This document shows, one piece after another, positions 37,498-49,651 of a stretch of DNA of 64,000 nucleotides. The stretch lies in NCBI GenBank assembly GCA_002269645.1, contig NIVC01001242.1:186001-250000 (forward strand). The letters run 5' to 3'. Source of the stretch: Macrostomum lignano (Eukaryota). The notes beneath the pieces were generated by a model. It searched no databases, had not been told where the DNA came from, and saw only the letters and a program-made list of their open reading frames with translations. Both the position numbers and the translations under genes were made by a program. Position 1 is the first letter of the stretch. Each line of letters starts with the position of its first letter.

Positions 37498-40400
37498 TCA
37501 AAATTGAACGTGAAAGGTGCACTGAGCAGGCAGGCGCCGAACCAGCAGTTCCGGATTGGTCGATTCGACAACAAACCGATCGAGTTCCGGCTCGGCATCC
37601 GGATTAGCTGGTGGCGGATTTTGACAAGCTATTTGAACCACCGCGTCCGGAATCTTATTGAGGCTGGCCAGGGTCTCGCCGGACACCAGGCCGAGCTGGG
37701 CGGAGGTCAGATGGTCAATCAGTTCAGAGTGGAAGCGGCGAAGGCGAAATATGGGAACCTCCATTGGCGGGCCGGGCTTGTCGAACAGTTGAATCTGTGC
37801 AGGTGTGGATTGATTTTGCAGTGCAGCTGGGCCGCTGTGTGCTACAATATTATAGATAGGCAAGCATGAGTCATCGGCCACTCAGCGCTTGGCAAGCACA
37901 CGGAATATATGTACACACGCTCATGGGTCTACGACTTTAGACTGAGAGAAGACAACAATTCAGCTGACACAAACTGACTGCCGACCCTAATCCTAACCTA
38001 AACTCTAACCTAAGCCCTAACACAAACCCTAATATAAACCCTAACACAAACTCTAACCTAAGCCCTAACACAAACCCTAATATAAACCCTAACACAAACT
38101 CTAACCTAAGCCCTAACACAAACCCTAATATAAACCCTAACACAAACTCAAACCTAAGCCCTAACACAAACCCTAATATAAACCCTAACACAAACTCTAA
38201 CCTAAGCCCTAACACAAACCCTAATATAAACCCTAACACAAACCTAACCTACACTATAACACAAACCCTAACCTACACCATAACACAAACCTAACCTACA
38301 CCATAACACAAACCCTAACCTACACCATAACACAAACCCTAACCTACACCATAACACAAACCTAACCTACACCATAACACAAACCTTAACCTACACCATA
38401 ACACAAACCCTAACCTACACCATAACACAAACCCTAACCTACACCATAACACAAACCTAACCTACACCATAACACAAACCCTAACCTACACCATAACACA
38501 AACCCTAACCTACACCATAACACAAACCCTAACCTAAACCCTAATAACACAAACCCTAACATAAACCCTAATAACACAAACCCTAACCTAAACCCTAATA
38601 ACACAAACCCTAACCTACACCATAACACAAACCCTAACCTAAACCCTAATAACACAAACCCTAACCTACACCATAACACAAACCCTAACCTAAACCCTAA
38701 TAACAAAAACCCTAACCTACACCATAACACAAACCCTAACCTACACCATAACACAAACCCTAACCTACACCATAACACAAACCCTAACCTACACCATAAC
38801 ACAAACCCTAACCTACACCATAACACAAACCCTAACCTACACCATAACACAAACTCTAACCTAAGCCCTAACACAAACCCTAATATAAACCCTAACACAA
38901 ACCTAACCTACACTATAACACAAACCCTAACCTTAAACATAACACAAACCCTAACCTACACCATAACACAAACTCTAACCTACACCACAACACAAACCCT
39001 GGAGACCACAGCAGAACGGTGGTCTCCTTCATGACGGTCTCCGGCACGGCCTCCAGCTGGCTGTCCAGGGTGTACAGCCACACGAATCTGCTGCCGTCGG
39101 AGCCGAAGCGCAGAGCGGTGAACTGCTGGCCATCGATCAGCCCGCCGACGTCCAAGAAGGCGTCGGCCTCCTCGTCCGCGTCGCTTCTTCGTTGTCGCCG
39201 GTGTCCTCGAACTCGGCGGGTTCAGCTGCCTCGCTGGCGACCTCGCTAGCAACTTCGAATCCCCATTCGTCCACTTCCGGCTCGATAGTTAATTGATCTT
39301 GGCTCAGCGGAAGCGGAAGAAGCAGAAGCTTTAGAAGCCGGCGGGTCTCGGCGAATTGATTATTGCAGGCGTTTTGGGCGCCGCAGCCGCCGGGATCAGT
39401 ACGGAGTCATCAAGGTTGACCGGGTCGCCCGGGTAGTACATCATGCGGCCGAGCATGTCTTCAACGCGCAGGGCGCCCTCGGCCACCAAGCTGGCTTCCA
39501 GAGTCTGGCACTGAGCTGGCAGAGCAGTGCCAGATTGCTCGGCCGCCTTGCGCCAGAAATAGTTGCGCTCGGTGCCGCGCGGCTGTATCAGGCTTCGCGT
39601 GACTGCTAGCAGATCGGCGTAGTCAGATGGATCAGGCGCTGGCTGCTTCGATGTACAGACGAGATTGACAGGTTCTGCGTGCGCTGTTTCAACGGTTCCT
39701 CAAATGCCTCAGACCGTTGTCGCGACCTGGGCGGCGACGGGCCCAACCGGGACTGCACCGGAGGGCGCCGCTCGGACTGTATTGACTGAGTCGACGATGA
39801 CGAAAACAAGTTCGACTGCGCGGCTCGAGGATTAGCGGCGAAGATGAAACTCTTTCTATCGCCACCGCCGGCACCGGCGCCTCTGCTATTAAAGCCGTCA
39901 CCACCGCCACCTCTGTTGCTAAAGCCGTCACCACCGCCACCTCTGTTGCTAAAGCCGTCACCACCGCCTTCTCTGTTGCTAAAGCCGTCACCACCGCCAC
40001 CTCTGTTGCTAAAGCCGTCACCACCGCCACCTCTGTTGCTAAAGCCTCCGCCGACGCCGCCTCTGTTGCCACCTTCTCCGCCGAATCTACAATACTGATA
40101 AGACGGCCTCTGGCCGCGAATGGCGCCCCGATGCGCCGGCAGAAAGGCGGAAGCGGTGCTAAACGACGAAACAGACGAGGCAGACGACATTGAGCTGCGG
40201 CCGCGCAAGCTAGCGGAGCTGCCACTGCCAAGAAGCGAGTTGCCGCGACTGCCCCTGCCGCCTCTTGCGGAGGGGCGCTTCTTCTTTTTGCTCCTCTGCT
40301 TAGAAATCAGCGCCTCAATGTGGGAGCTGCGCTCAGAGCCGACACCGTGGCAGACTACTTCGCCGTTTACATTGGACAGGCGCACAACCTCCGGAATGCT

Positions 40401-40550
40401 GCGAAGGTAGGCAGTCAGGTTTGGATAGCCCTGTGGGTCCAGATTGGCCGAGGCCAGCTGACGATAGTCCCTCATCAGCTGACTGAGAGGGACGCCCTCC
40501 TTAAAGGAGATTAAGACGCATTGTAAATTGATTTTCTGATCATCGGCCAT
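37498..40550 (-). pseudogene. TDRD7: LOTUS (OST-HTH) and RGG-repeat protein, TDRD5/TDRD7 (Tejas/Tapas)-like; frameshifted in this sequence
   Basis: N-terminal LQCVLISFKEGVPLSQLMRDYRQL..GYPNLTAYLRSIPEVVRL..GEVVCHGV..SHIEALISKQ matches the first LOTUS domain; five SNRGGGGDGF-type repeats; coding-like frames continue across shifts to ~39000; probable last exon 37498-~37880. No Tudor core seen. The symbol is family-level. Confidence 0.7.
37983..39000. repeat. Telomere-like (CCCTAA-derived) minisatellite with 24- and 48-bp units
   Basis: CACAAACCCTAACCTACACCATAA and CACAAACCCTAATATAAACCCTAACACAAACTCTAACCTAAGCCCTAA units. Confidence 0.9.
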
Positions 40551-40649
40551 TGTGTTAGATAAGGAAAAAACAGTGATGGAGCCTGTAAGTTACAATGCGG
40601 AATGCTTCCTTGTAACAGTTGCACTGGAAATGGATGAACTGATGAACAA

Positions 40650-40935
40650 ATCTACCGACTGCAATACTGAATCTACCGACTGCAATACTGAATCTACCGA
40701 TTGCAATACTGAATCTACCGACTGCAATACTGAATCTACCGACTGCAATACTGAATCTACCGATTGCAATACTGAATCTACCGACTGCAATACTGAATCT
40801 ACCGACTGCAATACTGGATCTACCGACTGCAATACTGAATCTACCGACTGCAATACTGAATCTACCGACTGCAATACTGAATCTACCGACTGCAATACTG
40901 AATCTACGGACTGCAATACTGAATCTACTGACTGA
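40650..40935. repeat. 21-bp minisatellite (GACTGCAATACTGAATCTACC) upstream of the LOTUS gene
   Basis: ~13 tandem units. Confidence 0.93.
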
Positions 40936-41809
40936 ACTACTTAATCTAGTGCTTGATCTCAATCCCAATGCTTGACACAAACCCACCAATTAAAGCTTGG
41001 ATTCGGACGCATTTCATCCGATATTAGCAGAAAGCAACTCATAAAACACAAAAGAAACTTGTAACGCTGCAGACCCCCAATAAACCGATCGTGTTGTATT
41101 AGCCTGACTTGAAGAACTTGTATTTTTAGTAGCATTGCTTGCCTTTGTAAACTGCGTTGGAAATGGTAAGCAAAAAATACGAATATTGTTTGTTTGTTTG
41201 GTGTTTATTTGTTTGTTTATTATGTTTATTGTTTGTTTAGGCTTGTCATAAACAGTCACACGTGACAAAAATGTACTTTAAACCCGCGACTGGCATAGCA
41301 ACATATTGGCAATATGAAGCGTTTTATAATTTGTTATTGATAGTTATTTTAGACTGTTCAAAATGATGTTTTTTTAATACCATACATGTAGGCATATAGG
41401 CAGCCCCCAGATTCTGAATAATCAAAGATTTAGAAAAGAACGGAGTTAAGCCTATTGTAAATAAACAGATCCCGATTTCATAATATATTTATATATATAA
41501 ATATACTAAACTAAAGAAAGGGAAAATAGGAAGAAGCGAACATAGCGATAGAAACAGCTTGTCATTCACTGGTTGCAGAGAATCAAGAATGTCCATTCAG
41601 AGACATCCTCGCTCATCTCCTTGGCCGTCTCCAGTTCGGCGGCCTCGCGTTCGCGACGCTCCTCGGCGCTCTCCAGATCCTCGGTGTACTTCTTAGGCGG
41701 GTAGCGCATCGCGCGGACGGACTGCTCGCGGACCTGAGATGAGCCGAGGGGAGAGCTTTGTATGGGATTTATAGGGAGCATAGGCAACTCAAGGGAGCCA
41801 GAGTGATGA

Positions 41810-41960
41810 TGCTAAAGCATCAGAGAGGAACCAAGATGATGATGCTGAAGCAGCACACAGAGAAACCAAGATGATGATGCTGCAGCAGCACACAGAGAAA
41901 CCAAGATGATGATGCTGCAGCAGCACACAGAGAAACCAAGATGATGATGCTTAGGATGCT
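41810..41960. repeat. 33-bp repeat (GCAGCACACAGAGAAACCAAGATGATGATGCT) in a PSMD3 intron
   Basis: ~4 tandem units. Confidence 0.8.
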
Positions 41961-42217
41961 TAGCAACACCAGAGGGGTGATGGTGTGAAGAGCAGGCAGT
42001 ACACAGGTGCCGATCAATCCGGAGGCCTCACCTGCAGGCAGAAGTTGATCCGCTGCTGAAACTGGTCAGCGGGCTCGGCAGTGCCGTACAGGTCGGCGGT
42101 CTCCCGGCTGCTCAAGGTGCCGGCCTTGTGATCGATGGTGGCCTCGATCACGCCGTCGCGAATAGCCTTGGCGGCCACGTATTCGGCTTCCTCGGCCGAG
42201 TCCAGCTGCAGCTGCAG

Positions 42218-45200
42218 CTACAAACATTATTGTTGAGCGAAATCGCTTTTGGACCCGGCAGCAGAAGGAGGGAGAAGCATTTTCTGATTTTTTGATGGAA
42301 TTACGAGACCTCATGAGAACTTGTGCGTTTTGTCAGCATGCCGACGATCTATTGAGAGATAAAATTGTCCTGGGAATACGAAACCCGGACACAGTTAAAA
42401 GACTATTAGCCGAGCCAAAGCTTAGCTTATCAGAAGCGGTAACCATTTGCCAAGCTGAAGAAGCGTCTATCAAACAGCGGGACGAAATTTGCAAGTCAGC
42501 GAGCCTGAATGCGCTAAAAATATCTGCGTACAGGACGACTAAGCACCCGGGATTCCTAAAAGGACAACCCCAGACGAGCAAAAGTCAATCGTGTGGCTAC
42601 TGCGGTAAGCAAAAGCACTCGGGTGAGACATGTCCGGCCAGAGACAAAACTTGTCGTCGCTGTGGCAAAAAAGGGCACTTCGATAGAGTGTGCCGCTCGA
42701 AAAATACACTAAGCAAAAAACCCAGTGAATCGTCGCGAAAAGGAAGCATTCAATCGCTAATAGCCATGTTGCAACCTGATTGTCCCGTAGTGAATGTACA
42801 AATCGGAGGTGTCACACTAACAATGATGCCCGACACTGGCTCAAATATAACCGCTATCAGAGTAGAAGACATGCAAAAGCTGGCAAGGAGGCCACGAATT
42901 TTAGAAGCCGCTGATGGTCCAACAGCCGCGAATGGACAGTACATGAAAGTAATAGGAAAGTTTCGCGACTCAATCTCGATCGGTGAGACCAAGATCACAA
43001 CAGACATTTACGTTCTTGATCGCCTGACGGTACCGGTCTTGTCATGGAGAGCATGTGTTGATTTGGGAATAATTCCCAGGTATTTTCCTCGACAACAAAT
43101 CAACTCGATCGCCACAAGAACTGCTACAGCAGAAGACCTAATCAGCGAATTCCTGGCTGTATTCGATGGGATAGTAAGACCAATGAAGGGTGAAGCATTT
43201 TCGATCAAGCTTCGTGAAGACGCTCAACCTTTCTCCATTAAGACACCAAGGAGGATACCGTTCCCATTGTACGAGCATTGGATACGGATGTGCGTCGACT
43301 TTCGGGAATTAAACAAATATGTTATTCGACCAAGGTACCAGTCTCAGACGCCATTGGAAGTCGTTGCAAGCACAGATGCTAGTCGCGCCAAGTATTTCTC
43401 TGTAGTTGACGCCTTGAAAGGATACCACCAAATACCGCTGGCTAAAGAAAGTATGCACCTGACAACGTTCATCACGCCGTTTGGTCGTTATATGTTTAGG
43501 ATGGCACCATTCGGTATAAGCTCTATTTCTGAGTATTACAACCAGAGACTTGACGACACTTTTCAAGGACTCAAGGAAGTTCGGCATGTCGTTGATGATT
43601 GTCTGGTCGCAACTTCTGACGAGGAATCACACGTACAAGCGGTTCGTCAGTTTCTGCAGCGCTGTCAAGACAATGGGGTAGCATTAAATAAAAAGAAGTT
43701 TGCATTTTGCAAGACTCAAATTGATTTTGCCGGATTTCGATTGTCAGCTGATGGCTACAGCATTGATCCGGAGCTTATGAAAGCGGTCAGACAATTTCCC
43801 ACTCCAAACAATATTACCGACCTACGCGCGTTCTTTGGCCTAGTCAACCAAGTCGGCACGTTTACGTCAGACATAGCAGAAGTCACAGCCTCGTTAAGGC
43901 CGCTGCTGTCCGAGAAGAATTTATTTCAATGGGGAGACGAACATCAAACGGCATTTGAAGAAGCCCGTCGCCGCCTGGCAATTGCTCCTACACTGGCCTA
44001 TTATGACCAACGCAAGCCAACAGCCCTGCACACGGATGCATCTCGACTTAAGGGAATCGGATTCTTGTTCAAACAGCAGCAGACCGATGGAAGCTGGCGT
44101 GTGGTTCAAGCTGGCTCGAGATTCATTTCAGAGACCGAGTCACGCTATGCCATGATCGAGTTGGAACTGTTAGCTGTGGTCTGGGCGACTCAGAAGTGCA
44201 GACTCTTCCTTGAGGGGCTTCATGAGTTTGAAATTGTAACCGACCACAAGCCGCTGATACCAATCCTGAACAGTTACCAGCTGGATCAAATAGAAAATCC
44301 CAGAATTCAGCGTCTTCGAGCGAAACTGAACCGCTACGTATACAAGGCGCGATGGGTAAAAGGCAAGGACAATGCCGACGCAGACGCTCTGTCGCGAGCA
44401 CCAGTGGACAATCCGACTGCACAGGATGAACTGGGCGAGTCTGCAGATTTTCAACTTACCAATCAGCTCTTAATGCACCTCGAATCAGCAGAGCTGGATC
44501 CTATTCTGCAAAGCGTGCGACAAAGCACAGCTTCTGATCAGGAGTTGCAAGACCTGATGCAATATATTCGGGATGGCTTTCCCAATGACAAGGCAAACTT
44601 ACCTCTTTGCATTCGGTCATTTTGGCATGTAAGAGACAAGCTCTCAGTCGACGACGGCATCATTCTATGCGGATGTCGTTGCGTCATACCACATGCAATG
44701 AGGAAGCAGATTTTGACGGACTTACACGCAAGTCACCAAGGTCTGCACAAGACAAAGCAGAGAGCAAGGATGGTCGTCTACTGGCCTGGCATCGATCGGG
44801 ACATTGAAAATACAGTCAAGCAGTGTCAGTCCTGTCGGGAACATCTACCATCGCAGATCAGGGAGCCGATGACAACCCAGGACCAACCGGATCGATGTTT
44901 TCAACACATACATGCAGATTTCTGCGAGCATGCCGGCAAGAAGTTCCTTGTGCTCGTGGATGCATACTCAGGCTGGCCAGCGTTCTGTCATTTCGGTGAT
45001 CGAGCACCCACGTACAAGCTGATAAACGCTTGCCGCGAATTCTTTTGCCAGACAGCTGTACCGGAGAAATTCTGTGCAGACTGTGGGCCACAATTTAAAG
45101 CACAGCCGTTCGTTAATTTTCTACGTCGCTGGGGTGTGAACATCAAATACTCATCTCCGTATTACCATCAAAGCAATGGAAGAGCAGAAGCTGCCGTGAA

Positions 45201-46009
45201 AAGTATAAAGAAGATCGTTCGAGGAGCATGGGACAGTCGCTTGAATGACTTGGACAAAGACAAGATGGCTCAGGGTTTGCTGCAGCTGCGAAACACGCCC
45301 ATGTACGATGGCAGAATTCCATCTGTAATGGTCTATGGACACACAGTCAGAGACACGCTGCCCGCGCATAGGAAAAGTTTTGCAAAGGAATGGAAGGACA
45401 AGGTCTGGAAAATGGAGGAAAAAGCTGCAGAAATTCACGCTAAAGTTCATCAACACTACAATGCTTCGAAGCGACAACTGGAACCTCTCCGAGTCGGCAG
45501 TCACGTTGTTCTTCAAAACCCTGTCACAAAGCTTTGGGACAAGAAGGGCGTCGTAGTAGAAGTTGGTCGGCACCAGGACTATATGGTCAAGTTAGTAAGC
45601 GGCCGAATTTTCCGTCGCAATCGTGTGTACATCCGCCGATGTCTACCACAAGAACAGCTCTCTACTACTGGTGCATCTCAGAAGGAAGGTGAAGCACAGG
45701 ACGCCCCGGACAAGCCAAAGACCGCACAGCCAAGGCGAAGTCAACGGTCGAACAAGGGAGTCCCGGCACCCAAGTTGCATTACAGGAAGTTGGGTGAACC
45801 AGTTAACGCTTAAAAGGGGAGATGAGGAAGAAAGAACTGTAAAACTGTTTTGCTTAAAAGGGGAGATGTTGTGTGCGTATGCGAATATTCGTCTATGTGC
45901 GAAACCATCTGCCCCCGTTTATATATCGACCCCAAACAAGCGACCAAATATATAAAAATCATTCTCGGCCTAGCACCGATTACTGTGGCTTAATGCCAAG
46001 AACATAACA
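42218..46009 (+). mobile_element. Ty3/Gypsy LTR retrotransposon (Mag-like single gag-pol ORF), 5'-truncated, with 143-bp 3' LTR at 45867-46009
   Basis: ORF to 45813: gag ERNRFWTRQQ, two Cys/His knuckles, protease MPDTGS, RT VDALKGYHQI..VVDD, RNase H LHTDAS/ELE/TDH, integrase HHCC plus HADF/ADCGPQF/RAE. PPT AAAAGGGGAGA precedes TGTTGTG...CATAACA. Confidence 0.96.
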
Positions 46010-46224
46010 TAGCCGGCGTTTTATTGCCTGTGACTCTATACTGACTCTATACTGGCCCAGAAACCCAGAGATTGAAAAATGTCTATGGCATCAAAAACCA
46101 TCTCCCAATCACTAAAGCAAGTGCCCAGTATGGCCTGCTGTGCAGGCCATGACTGATTTAAAGACGTCCATTATGCATTTCCATTGTGTATTCACTCAAA
46201 TGGGAAATGTTAAAGGGGAATTAA

Positions 46225-46860
46225 AGCGTGAATGAATTAGCATTGATCTGGACAGAGACCAGGATTTCCGGGACATTGGCTGCAGCAAAATACTGTCTTC
46301 TTAGCTGGAACGTCAGGTTTCAGATTCGGAATCGTTTGCTTGGGCGAGTCTGGGCTTCCGTTGCAGGGAGTCGTCCGTGTATATATGGTATCCTTCGCCC
46401 AGCACTTCGCGGCTAAGCTCAACAACAACTCTCGCTCTCTTCCTCGCCATTTCTGCACTCTCCTGCTGGAACTCCCTGACAGCCAACCGCATTCGCTCAT
46501 TGGTCCATGTGACAAGACTGTGGTGAGAAACTCTTCAGTCAGGAAGATTGATAAAAATTATTTCATACTTTCGTCTGGATTTTCTGGTAGACCAGTGCTT
46601 AGATTGATGGTCGAAAACCCTCGGAATTCCGGCACCCCATCGTGGTCAAACGAGTTGTCATTTCCAGGGGTTACTTCAACCCATTCCGCGGTCGCCTCAT
46701 CTTGGCTCTGATCAATTTCTGGATCCATGCCTTCCGACTCCGTTTCTGACTCAAAAACCGTCGAGTCATTGCTTGATAAAGCGTCTTCCGAATCGGAATC
46801 GAGTCCCAGTCTACGCAAGGCGTCACTTTTAGCTCTCCTATTCGGCCGCGTAAAAGCCAT
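46225..46860 (-). mobile_element. Internally deleted piggyBac-like transposase
   Basis: Acidic N-terminus; FLSIFLTEEFL..TNE; VVVELSREVLGEGYHIYTD; C-terminal KTVFCCSQCPGNPGLCPDQC; stops and frameshifts. Termini not resolved. Confidence 0.75.
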
Positions 46861-47034
46861 TTGTGGGTAGGAAGGTTTGAACAGGAGCTAGCTGAAAAAC
46901 TATGTGATATACTTTACTTCTGGGCTTCTAGGGTGTGCACTCGATTCAGCAAAAAAGACAAATTTGTCTATGGACTGCTCTGCAGGCCTTTCGGCTTTTA
47001 AGCCATCTTACAGAACCAAGCTTGGGCGCGAAGT

Positions 47035-48110
47035 GGATAATGACTCTGGGGCCCCTGTATAATGACTCTGGGGCGCCTCTATAATGACTCTGGGGCCCCT
47101 GTATAATGACTCTGGGGCGCCTCTATAATGACTCTGGGGCGCCTCTATAATGACTCTGGGGCGCCTCTATAATGACTATGGGGCGCCTCTATAATGACTC
47201 TGGGGCGCCTCTATAATGACTATGGGGCGCCTCTATAATGACTCTGGGGCGACTCTATAATGACTCTGGGGCGCCTCTATAATGACTCTGGGGCGCCTCT
47301 ATAATGACTCTGGGGCGCCTCTATAATGACTATGGGGCGCCTCTATAATGACTCTGGGGCGACTCTATAATGACTCTGGGGCGCCTCTATAATGACTCTG
47401 GGGCGCCTCTATAATGACTCTGGGGCGCCTCTATACTGACTCTGGGGCGACTCTATAATGACTCTGGGGCGCCTCTATAATGACTCTGGGGCGCCTCTAT
47501 ACTGACTCTGGGGCGCCTCTATAATGACTCTGGGGCGCCTCTATAATGACTCTGGGGCGCCTCTATAATGACTCTGGGGCGCCTCTATACTGACTCTGGG
47601 GCGCCTCTATAATGACTCTGGGGCGCCTCTATAATGACTCTGGGGCGCCTCTATAATGACTCTGGGGCGCCTCTATACTGACTCTGGGGCGCCTCTATAA
47701 TGACTCTGGGGCGCCTCTATAATGACTCTGGGGCGCCTCTATAATGACTCTGGGGCGCCTCTATAATGACTCTGGGGCGCCTCTATAATGACTCTGGGGC
47801 GCCTCTATACTGACTCTGGGGCGCCTCTATAATGACTCTGGGGCGCCTCTATAATGACTCTGGGGCGCCTCTATACTGACTCTGGGGCGCCTCTATACTG
47901 ACTCTGGGGCGCCTCTATACTGACTCTGGGGCGCCTCTATAATAACTCTGGGGCGCCTCTATACTGACTCTGGGGCGCCTCTATAATGACTCTGGGGCGC
48001 CTCTATACTGACTCTGGGGCGCCTCTATAATGACTCTGGGGCGCCTCTATACTGACTCTGGGGCGCCTCTATAATGACTCTGGGGCGCCTCTATACTGAC
48101 TCTGGGGCGC
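47035..48110. repeat. 22-bp minisatellite (CTCTATAATGACTCTGGGGCGC), ~48 copies, in a PSMD3 intron
   Basis: Tandem units. Confidence 0.96.
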
Positions 48111-48764
48111 TGCCATGAAGCAGTAGGCAGTAACAAACCTACATTTTGGTGCAGATCTGACGAAATCGCAGAGCCCGCTGACCACTGGCAGCTTTAGCGC
48201 AGCGCCTGCTGCAGATGCTGAGCGGCCCGGCCCAGGTAGAATTGGTACCTGGCCAGCTCGTGATTCGGCGCCAGCTCGGGAAAGGCGCACTTTTTAACTA
48301 GCCTGGCGGCCTGGTCTAGCAGGCGGTCCATCAGGTAGGAGCGCAGCAGGCAGTTGGTGAGGGTGGCGCAGCCGCTGCAGCATCTGGGGCCGCACGGTGG
48401 CCAGCTGGCCAGCTGAACTGGCCGGTGCGTTGCCATAGCAACTGGGAACAGCTAACAGCCTCAGCTTGGCGATTCGAGTCGAGCAAGTGTAGCAGCAGCA
48501 ATAGGTGAAGAAACACTTCCGTTTCTGGGAGCAGGCGGTGGGAGGCCTGAGCACTCTGGCCTGTTGGGTGGGGGGGAGGTTTACAGTTGGAAGTGTGGCA
48601 TACAAGGGTTTAAATCAATAATAAAGAGGACATTGTGCCATAACACTTCTGAACGACTTCTGATAGGGTCAGGTATACCCGTTTCGGTGACACCAGAGCA
48701 AGCAACGCACACGTATCACCCCGAAAACAGCCTAATTTTTTAAGCCTGCTTTTCTCCCTACGGG

Positions 48765-49335
48765 CGGCCTATCCCCCGCTCCCCCAAAGAAAATTTCCCT
48801 CCCTAGGGGAGGCCTATCTTCCCCTCCCCTCCCCCCCCCGAAGAAAATTTCCCTCCCTAGGGGAGGCCTATCTTCCCCTCCCCTCCCCCCCCCCGAAGAA
48901 AATTTCCCTCCCTAGGGGAGGCCTATCTTCCCCTCCCCTCCCCCCCGAAGAAAATTTCCCTCCTTAAGGGAGGCCTATCTTCCCCTCCCCTCCCCCCCGA
49001 AGAAAATTCCCCTCCCTATGGGCGGCCTAATCCCCCCCGAAGAAAATTCCCCTCCCTATGGGCGGCCTAATCCCCCCCGAAGAAAATTCCCCTCCCTAGG
49101 GGCGGCCTATCTCCCCGCAAAGAAAATTCCCCTCCCTATAGGCGGCCTAATCTCCCCCCGAAGAAAATTCCCCTCCCTATGGGCGGCCTAATCTCCCCCC
49201 ACGAAGAAAATTCCCCTCTCTATGGGCGGCCTAATCTCCTCCCCCCCCCGAAGAAAATTCCCCTCCCTAGGGGCGGCCTAATCTCCCCCCCCCGAAGAAA
49301 ATTCCCCTCCCTAGGGGCGGCTTATCTTCCCCGAA
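48765..49335. repeat. C-rich 39-58-bp minisatellite (CCCCGAAGAAAATTCCCCTCCCTAGGGCGGCCTAATCT)
   Basis: Tandem units; G-runs on the minus strand. Confidence 0.88.
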
Positions 49336-49651
49336 AAAAATTTCTGGCTAAGCACCTGATACGGATACAGTATGTACAAAGGCTCCAGCTCACACCGGGT
49401 GTTCAGCGGTCCTGACTGCCTCCATAGTCAGACATGTACACTCTCTGTGCAAGCAAGATTCAAAAGTCACAGCTACGAGTATTGCGTCCGGAAAGTTAAA
49501 AAACAACACACTGTATCACCGGAACCGGAACTGGCAGCCGACAGGAAGGCCAGGAAGGCGTCTTTGCTGGGCGACACGCCGGGGAAGTAGGCCTGGGCCA
49601 GGCGGAGCAGCACGGCCTCGTTCAGGCGACACCGGAGTGGCACCAGCGAGC

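Larger units (their letters stand above)
41566..49650 (-). pseudogene. PSMD3: 26S proteasome non-ATPase regulatory subunit 3 (Rpn3), partial/disrupted copy
   Basis: Segments 49650-~49510 (RLNEAVLLRLAQAYF..KDAFLAFL), 48546-48143 (LLPETEVFLHLL..; ATLTNCLLRSYL..FPELAPNHELARYQFYLG, with deletions and shifts), 42217-42032 (LQLDSAEEAEYVAAKAIRDGVIEA..QRINFCL) and 41733-41566 ([26 protein letters not shown]). The PCI-domain middle and the N-terminus are missing. Confidence 0.88.

Noticed and set aside
42333-45955. Small antisense or alternate-frame ORFs within the Gypsy element
   Set aside because: Shadow ORFs of gag-pol
46200-47035. piggyBac TTAA-CCC termini
   Set aside because: TTAAAGGGG at ~46210 has no matching partner at the other end; boundaries left unassigned
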